Positions 56,301 through 64,000 of a DNA stretch of 64,000 bases are shown here, in pieces. The notes beneath the pieces are model-generated. The model was not told the origin of the DNA and searched no databases. It was given only the letters and a program-made list of their open reading frames with translations. The stretch comes from the human T2T-CHM13v2.0 reference genome, Homo sapiens. Made by a program: the position numbers and the translations under genes. How positions within the stretch are numbered: the first letter of the stretch is position 1; each line of letters opens with the position of its first letter. The stretch lies in assembly GCF_009914755.1 (NCBI RefSeq), contig NC_060941.1. One strand, given 5' to 3'.

Positions 56301-59300
56301 CAATTCCATTCTATTCCATTCCATTCCATTCCATTCCATTCCATTCGATTTCAGTTGATTCTATTCCTTTCTATTCCATTAAATGCCATTCCATTCCATT
56401 CCATTACATTCCAGTTAAATCCGTTATATTCCATTCCATTCCATTCCACTCGGGTTCATTCCATTCTGTTGTATTCCATTCCATTCCATTCTATTCCATA
56501 CCATTCCATTCCATTGCATTCCACTCGGGTTGATTCTATTCCATTCTGTTCCATTGCATTCCATTCCGCTCCGTTCCATTCCATTGCATTCCATTCGGGT
56601 TGATTCAATTCCATTCTATTCCATTCCATTCCATTCCTTTCCACGCGAGTTGATAAAATTCCATTCTATTCCTTTCCTTTCAATTCCATTCCATTCCATT
56701 CCACTCTGGTTGATTACATTCCATTCCATGCCGTTCTATTCCACTCGGTGTGATTCCTTTCCATTCCATTCCCTTCCATTTCAATCCATTGCTTTCCTTT
56801 CCATTCCAATTAATACAATTCCATTCTATTCGATTCCATTCCTTTCCATTCCATTCCATTCCATTCCATTCCATTCCATTCCAGTTGATTCCACTCCATT
56901 CCTTTCGATTCCATTCCATTCCATTCCATTCCATTCCATTCCATTCCATTCCACACGGGTTGATTCCATTCCATTCCAGTCCATTCCATTCCACTCGGAT
57001 GGGTTCCATTCCATTCCATTCCATTCCTTTCCATTCCATTCTGTTCCACTAGGGTTGATTCCGTTCCAATCCATTCCATTCCAATCCATTCCTTTCCGTT
57101 CCATTCCATTCCATTCCATTCCATTCCGTTCCATTGCACTAGTTTTGTTTCCATTCCTGTCCATTCCATTCCATTCAAATCCATTCCATTCCAGTCCATT
57201 CCACTAGGATTGATTCAATTCCATTCTATTCCATTCCATTCCATTCCTTTCCATTCCATTACAATGCATTCCACTCAAGTTGATTCCATTCCATTCCATT
57301 GCATTCCATTCCATTGCACTCCATTCCATTCCTTTCCACTCGTGTTGATTCCATTCCATTCCATTCCATTCCATTCCATTCCATTCCATTCCATTCCATT
57401 TGATTCCATTCCACTGGGGTTGGTTCCATTGCATTCCATTCCATTCCATACCATTCCATTCCATTCCAGTTGGTGCAAATACTTTCTATTCGATTCAATT
57501 CCATTCCATTCCACTCCGTTCCCTTCCATTCTATTCCATTCCATTGCATTCCATTCCATTCCAGTTGATTCAATACCATTCTCTTCCGTGCAATTCCATT
57601 CGATTCCCCTCCATTCGATTTCATTGCATTCCACTCGGGTAGATTCCATTCCATTTCATTCCATTCCATTCCATTCCATTCATTTCCAGTTGATTCCCTT
57701 CCATTCCATTCTATTATATTCCACTCGGGTTGTTTCCATCGCATTCCATTCCATTCCATTCCATTCTATTCCATTCCACTCCAGTTGAATCAATTTGATT
57801 CTGTTCCATATCATTCCATTCCATTCCATTCCATACCATTCCATTCCATTCCATTCCATTCCATTCCATTCCATTCCGTTCCAGTTGATTCAATTCCATA
57901 CTATTGTATTCTTTTCTATTCTATTTGATTCCATTCCATTCCATTCCTCTTGGATGGATTCCATACCATTCCATTCCATTCCGTTCCATTCCATTCGTGT
58001 TGTTTCCATTCCATTCCATTCCATTCCATTCGAATTCATTCCATTCCTCTCCATGTCACTGGGATTGATTCAATTCCATTCTAATCCATTCCATTCCACT
58101 CCATTACATTCGATAACATTACATTCCACTCAGTTTGATTCAACTCCATTCCATTCCATTCCATTCCATTCCATTCCGTTCCATTCCTTTCTATTACACG
58201 GCGGTTGATTCCATTCCATTCCCTTCCATTCCATTCCACTCGAATGGATTCAATTCCATTCTGTTCCATTCTATTCCATTCCATTCCATTCCATTCCATT
58301 CCACTCGGGTTCATTCCATTCCATTCCTTTCCATTCCATTCCACTAGGGTTGATTTCCTTACATTCCATTCGAATCCATTCCATTCCATTCCATTCCATT
58401 CCATTCCATTCCACTCGGGTTGATTCCATTCCATTTCATTCCTTTCCATTCCATTCCATTCCATTCCACTCGGGTTGATTCAATTCCATTCTATTCCATT
58501 CCATTCCGTTCCATTCCATTCCACTCGGGTTGATACCAGTCCATTCCATTCCATTCCATTCCATTCCATTCGATTTCAGTTGATTCTATTCCTTTCTATT
58601 CCATTAAATGCCATTCCATTCCATTCCATTACATTCCAGTTAAATCCGTTATATTCCATTCCATTCCATTCCACTCGGGTTCATTCCATTCTGTTGTATT
58701 CCATTCCATTCCATTCTATTCCATACCATTCCATTCCATTGCATTCCACTCGGGTTGATTCTATTCCATTCTGTTCCATTGCATTCCATTCCGCTCCGTT
58801 CCATTCCATTGCATTCCATTCGGGTTGATTCAATTCCATTCTATTCCATTCCATTCCATTCCTTTCCACGCGAGTTGATAAAATTCCATTCTATTCCTTT
58901 CCTTTCAATTCCATTCCATTCCATTCCACTCTGGTTGATTACATTCCATTCCATGCCGTTCTATTCCACTCGGTGTGATTCCTTTCCATTCCATTCCCTT
59001 CCATTTCAATCCATTGCTTTCCTTTCCATTCCAATTAATACAATTCCATTCTATTCGATTCCATTCCTTTCCATTCCATTCCATTCCATTCCATTCCATT
59101 CCATTCCATTCCAGTTGATTCCATTCCATTCCTTTCGATTCCATTCCATTCCATTCCATTCCATTCCACTCGGGTTGATTCCATTCCATTCCAGTCCATT
59201 CCATTCCACTCGGATGGGTTCCATTCCATTCCATTCCATTCCTTTCCATTCCATTCCATTCCACTCGGGTTGATTCCGTTCCAATCCATTCCATTCCAAT

Positions 59301-60660
59301 CCATTCCTTTCCGATCCATTGGATTCCATTCCATTCCATTCCATTCCATTCCATTCCGTTCCATTGAACTAGTTTTGTTTCCATTCCAGTCCATTCCATT
59401 CCATTCAAATCCATTCCATTCCACTCCATTCCACTAGGATTGATTCAATTCCATTCTATTCCATTCCATTCCATTCCTTTCCATTCCATTACAATGCATT
59501 CCACTCAAGTTGATTCCATTCCATTCCATTCCATTCCATTGCATTCCATTCCATTGCACTCCATTCCATTCCTTTCCACTCGTGTTGATTCCATTCCGTT
59601 CCATTCCATTCCAATAAATTGCATTCCATTCCATTCGATTCCATTCCACTGGGGTTGGTTCCATTGCATTCCATTCCATTCCATACCATTCCATTCCATT
59701 CCAGTTGGTGCAAATACTTTCTATTCGATTCAATTCCATTCCATTCCACTCCGTTCCCTTCCATTCTATTCCATTCCATTGCATTCCATTCCATTCCAGT
59801 TGATTCAATACCATTCTCTTCCGTGCAATTCCATTCGATTCCACTCCATTCGATTTCATTGCATTCCACTCGGGTAGATTCCATTCCATTTCATTCCATT
59901 CCATTCCATTCCATTCATTTCCAGTTGATTCCCTTCCATTCCATTCCATTATATTCCACTCGGGTTGTTTCCATCGCATTCCATTCCATTCCATTCCATT
60001 CTATTCCATTCCACTCCAGTTGAATCAATTTGATTCTATTCCATATCATTCCATTCCATTCCATTCCATACCATTCCATTCCATTCCATTCCATTCCGTT
60101 CCAGTTGATTCAATTCCATACTATTGTATTCTTTTCTATTCTATTTGATTCCATTTCATTCCATTCCTCTCGGATGGATTCCATACCATTCCATTCCATT
60201 CCGTTCCATTCCATTCGTGTTGTTTCCATTCCATTCCATTCCATTCCATTCGAATTCATTCCACTCCTCTCCATGTCACTGGGATTGATTCAATTCCATT
60301 CTAATCCATTCCATTCCACTCCATTACATTCGATAACATTACATTCCACTCAGATTGATTCAACTCCATTCCATTCCATTCCACTCCATTCCATTCCATT
60401 CCTTTCTATTACACGGCGGTTGATTCCATTCCATTCCCTTCCATTCCATTCCACTCGAATGGATTCAATTCCATTCTGTTCCATTCTATTCCATTCCATT
60501 CAATTCCATTCCATTCCACTCGGTTTCATTCCATTCCATTCCTTTCCATTCCATTCCACTAGGGTTGATTTCCTTACATTCCATTCGAATCCATTCCATT
60601 CCATTCCATTCCATTCCATTCCATTCCATTCCATTCCATTCCATTCCATTCCATTCCACA
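47305..60660 (+). repeat. Tandem array of six ~2.2-kb units containing a 4.4-kb dimeric higher-order repeat
   Basis: Marker spacings are 2435, 2170, 2235, 2160 and 2225 bp. Alternate units share private variants: CCATGCGAG at ~50076/54481, CGCGTAG at 51071/55471 and CCGTTCGAAT at 50491/54891. Confidence 0.9.
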
Positions 60661-63600
60661 CGGGTTGATTCCATTCCATTCCAGTCCATTCCATTCCACT
60701 CGGATGGGTTCCATTCCATTCCATTCCATTCCTTTCCATTCCATTCCATTCCATTCCATTCCAGTTGATTCCATTCCATTCCTTTCGATTCGATTCGATT
60801 CCATTCCATTCCATTCCATTCCATTCCATTCCATTCCACTCGGGTTGATTCCATTCCATTCCAGTCCATTCCATTCCACTCGGATGGGTTCCATTCCATT
60901 CCATTCCATTCCTTTCCATTCCATTCCGTTCCACTCGGGTTGATTCCGTTCCAATCCATTCCATTCCAATCCATTCCTTTCCGTTCCATTCCATTCCATT
61001 CCATGCCATTCCATTCCATTCCGTTCCATTGCACTAGTTTTGTTTCCATTCCAGTCCATTCCATTCCATTCAAATCCATTCCATTCCACTCCATTCCACT
61101 GGGATTGATTCAATTCCATTCTATTCCATTCCATTCCATTCCTTTCCATTCCATTACAATGCATTCCACTCAAGTTGATTCCATTCCATTCCATTCCATT
61201 CCATTGCATTCCATTCCATTGCACTGCATTCCATTCCTTTCCACTCGTGTTGATTCCATTCCGTTCCATTCCATACCAATACATTCCATTCCATTCCATT
61301 CCATTCGATTCCATTCCACTGGGGTTGGTTCCATTGCATTCCATTCCATTCCATACCATTCCATTCCATTCCAGTTGATGCAAATACTTTCTATTCGATT
61401 CAATTCCATTCTATTCCACTCCGTTCCCTTCCATTCTATTCCATTCCATTGCATTCCACTCTGGTTGATTCCATTCCATTCCATGCCATTCTATTCCACT
61501 CGGTTTGATTCCTTTCCATTCCGTTCCCTTCCATTTCATTCCATTGCTTTCCTTTCCATTCCAAGTGATACAATTCCATTCAATTCGATTCCATTCCATT
61601 CCATTCCATTCCAGTAGATTCCATTGCATTCCTTTCGATTCCATTCCATTCCATTCCATTCCATTCCATTCCATTCCATTCCATTCCAATCGTGTTGATT
61701 CCATTCTATTCCATTCCATTCCATTCCATTCCATTCCATTCCATTCCATTCCATTCCACTCGGGTTGATTCCATTCCATTCCAGTCCATTCCATTCCACT
61801 CGGATGGATTCCATTCCATTCCATTCCATTCCATTCCTTTCCATTCCATTCCATTCCATTCCACTAGGGTGGATTCCATTGCACTCCATTCCAATCCATT
61901 CCATTGCTTTCATTCCATTCCACTGGGGTTGATTCCATTCCATTTCATTCCTTTCTATTTCATTCCATTCCATTACTCTGGGGTTGATTCAATTCCGTTC
62001 TATTCCATGCCATTACATTCCATTGCATTGTATTCCATTCCATTCCATTCCATTAGGGTTAATTCAAATCCATTCTATTCCATTCCTTTCCATTCCATTC
62101 CATTCCACTCGTGTTGATTCAATTCCATTCTATTCCATTCCATTCCATTCCATTCCATTCCATTACATTACATTACATTCCAGTTGATTCAATTCCATTC
62201 TATTATATGTCATTCCATTCTATTCCATTACTTTCCATTCCATTCCAATCCATTCCATTCCAGATTATTCAATTCCATACTATTCCATTCCTGTACATTC
62301 CATTCCAGTCCATTCCATTCCATTTCATTCCATTGCATTCGAGTTTCTTCCGTTAAATTCCATTCCATTGCATTGAATTCCATTCCGTTCCATTCCATTC
62401 CACTCGCTTTGTTTCCATTCCATTCCATTCCATTCCATTCCATTCCATTCCATTCCAGTTGATTCAATTCCATTCTTTTCCATTCGGATCCATTCCATTC
62501 CATACAATTCCATTCCATTCCATTCCAATTGATTCCATTCCATTCCCTTCCAATCCATTGCATTCCATTCCATTCCATTACATTCCACTCCACTCGGATT
62601 GATAGAATTCCATTCTATTCCATTCCATTCCATTCCATTTAATTCCATTGGATTCCATTGCATTCCATTCCACTTGGGTTGAATTCATTCCACTCCATTC
62701 CATTCCATTCCATTCCATTACATTCCGTTCCGTTCCTTTGATTGGCATTGCATTCCACTGCATTCCATTCCATTCCATTCCATTCTACTCGGGTTGATTT
62801 AATTCCATTCTATTGCTTTCCATTCCATTCCAATCCATTCCATTCCATTGCAGTTGATTGAATTCTATTGTAATTCATTCCTTTCCATTCCATTCCATTC
62901 CATCCCAGTTGATTTAATTCCATTCTATTCCATTCCATTGCATTCCATTCCATTCCAGTTGATTCAATTCCATTCTATTCCATTCCATTCCATTTCGTTC
63001 CATTTCATTCCATTCCATTCCACTCGATTTGATTCAGTTGTATTCCATTACATTAAATTCCATTCCACTAGGGTTGATTCATTTCCATTCTATTCCATTC
63101 CATCGCACTCCATTCCATTCCATTCTATTCCATTCCATTCCGTTCCATTCCATTCCATTCCACTGCATTCCAGTTGATTCCATTCCATTCCATTCCATTC
63201 TTTCTATTCCATTCAATTCGATTCGAGTCCAGTTGATTCAATTTCATTCTATTCCACTCCATTCTATACCATTTCATTCCATTAAATTCCATTCCACTAG
63301 GCTTGATTCAATTCTGTTCCATTCCATTCCATTCCAATCCATTCCATTCCATTCCATTCCATTCCATTCCATTCCACTAGGTTTGATTCAATTCCATTCC
63401 CTTCCGTTCCAATCCATTCCATTCCATTCTATTCCTTTAAATTCCTTTGCTTTCTACTCGGGTTGATTCTATTCCATTCTTTTCCATTGCATTCCATACC
63501 ATTCCATTCCATTCCACTCCACTCGGGTTCATCAAATTCCATTCCATTCCATTCCATTCCATTCCATTCCATTCCATTCCAATCCATTCCACTCCAGTCG

Positions 63601-64000
63601 GGTTGACTCAATTCCATTCTATTCATTTCCATTCCATTCCTTTCCATTGCTTTCCATTCCATTCCATTCCATTCCATTCCATTCCATTCCATTCCATTCC
63701 ATTCCTTTCCTTTCCATTCCATTACATTGCATTCCATTCCACTCGGGTTGATTCCATTCCATTCCATTCCTTACAATTCAAATCCATTCCGTTCCATTTG
63801 ATTCAATTCCATTCTATTCCATTTCACTCGATTCCATTCCATTCCATTCCAATTCATTCCATTCCTTTCCACTCTGTTTGATTCCATTCCATTCCTTGCC
63901 ATTAGCTTCCATTTCATCCCATTCCACTGTGGTTGATTCCATTCTATTCCATTCCATTCCATTCAGTTCCACTCCATTCGATTCCACTCGTGTTGATTCC
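60660..64000 (+). repeat. Start of super-repeat copy 3 (BamHI block at ~61455-62700), truncated by the window end
   Basis: CCAAGTGATACAA at 61561 and GGATCC at 62486. The sequence follows 39.4-42.6 kb nearly base for base. Confidence 0.85.

Larger units (their letters stand above)
38800..60660 (+). repeat. Super-repeat copy 2, expanded to ~21.4 kb (7.0 + 1.5 kb + six ~2.2-kb units)
   Basis: Marker at 39163, 46145, 47645, 50080, 52250, 54485, 56645 and 58870. GGATCC spacing 41119 to 62486 is 21367 bp. Confidence 0.78.
1..64000 (+). repeat. Human satellite 3 (HSat3 / satellite III) array, (CATTC)n on + strand, (GGAAT)n on - strand; pericentromeric or acrocentric-type heterochromatin
   Basis: Seen: CATTC pentamers from base 1 to 64000, with long perfect runs and a recurrent CCACTCGGGTTGATT (e.g. 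668, 942, 4433, 12355, 63739). Established: perfect ATTCC runs interspersed with this decamer define satellite 3. The 23/26-bp CATTCGATGATGATTC-type units of HSat2 are not seen. Confidence 0.98.

Noticed and set aside
17-63962. Several hundred ORFs on both strands (longest 12698-13801, 367 aa; 23261-24229, 322 aa)
   Set aside because: CATTC/GGAAT has no stop codon in any frame and supplies ATG every 5 bp on the minus strand. The ORFs overlap in all frames, encode only HSIPF/MEWNG repeats, and their ends differ between near-identical unit copies.
1-64000. CRISPR-like pattern (CCACTCGGGTTGATT 'repeats' with variable 'spacers')
   Set aside because: The spacers are CATTC multimers of irregular length, not unique sequence. 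There is no leader and there are no cas genes.
1-64000. HSat2, DYZ1-type 3.6-kb repeat, alpha satellite or telomeric repeat
   Set aside because: There are no 23/26-bp HSat2 units, 3.6-kb period, 171-bp monomer or TTAGGG tracts. The specific HSat3 subfamily is left unassigned.
1-64000. Inversion or embedded Alu/L1/unique insertion
   Set aside because: I saw no GGAAT tract on the + strand, no poly-A tail and no non-pentamer stretch longer than a few tens of bases.
1-64000. Variant pentamers as an information-bearing code or novel genetic system
   Set aside because: All variant patterns are explained by descent through duplication, deletion and conversion of modules. Nothing in the sequence indicates a reading mechanism.

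Overview
The whole 64-kb window is one uninterrupted, single-orientation array of classical human/hominoid satellite 3 (HSat3, satellite III). It consists of (CATTC)n/(GGAAT)n pentamers punctuated by the diagnostic ACTCGGGTTG (rc CAACCCGAGT) decamer and its variants. I see no genes, RNA genes, transposon insertions, inversions or CRISPR arrays. Every supplied ORF is an artefact, because the pentamer has no stop codon in any frame (HSIPF/MEWNG repeats). The real information is nested higher-order structure, traced by eye with rare marker k-mers. About ten 0.3-1.2 kb modules are reused in alternative cycles of ~5.3, ~2.2, ~7.0 and ~1.5 kb. These sum to a ~16.1-kb super-repeat, and the next copy is stretched to ~21.4 kb by a young 2.2-kb/4.4-kb tandem expansion. 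I did not find a new gene system. The findings concern satellite architecture and evolution. Module boundaries are approximate (about +/-50 bp), and the chromosome, subfamily and species cannot be assigned without alignment.
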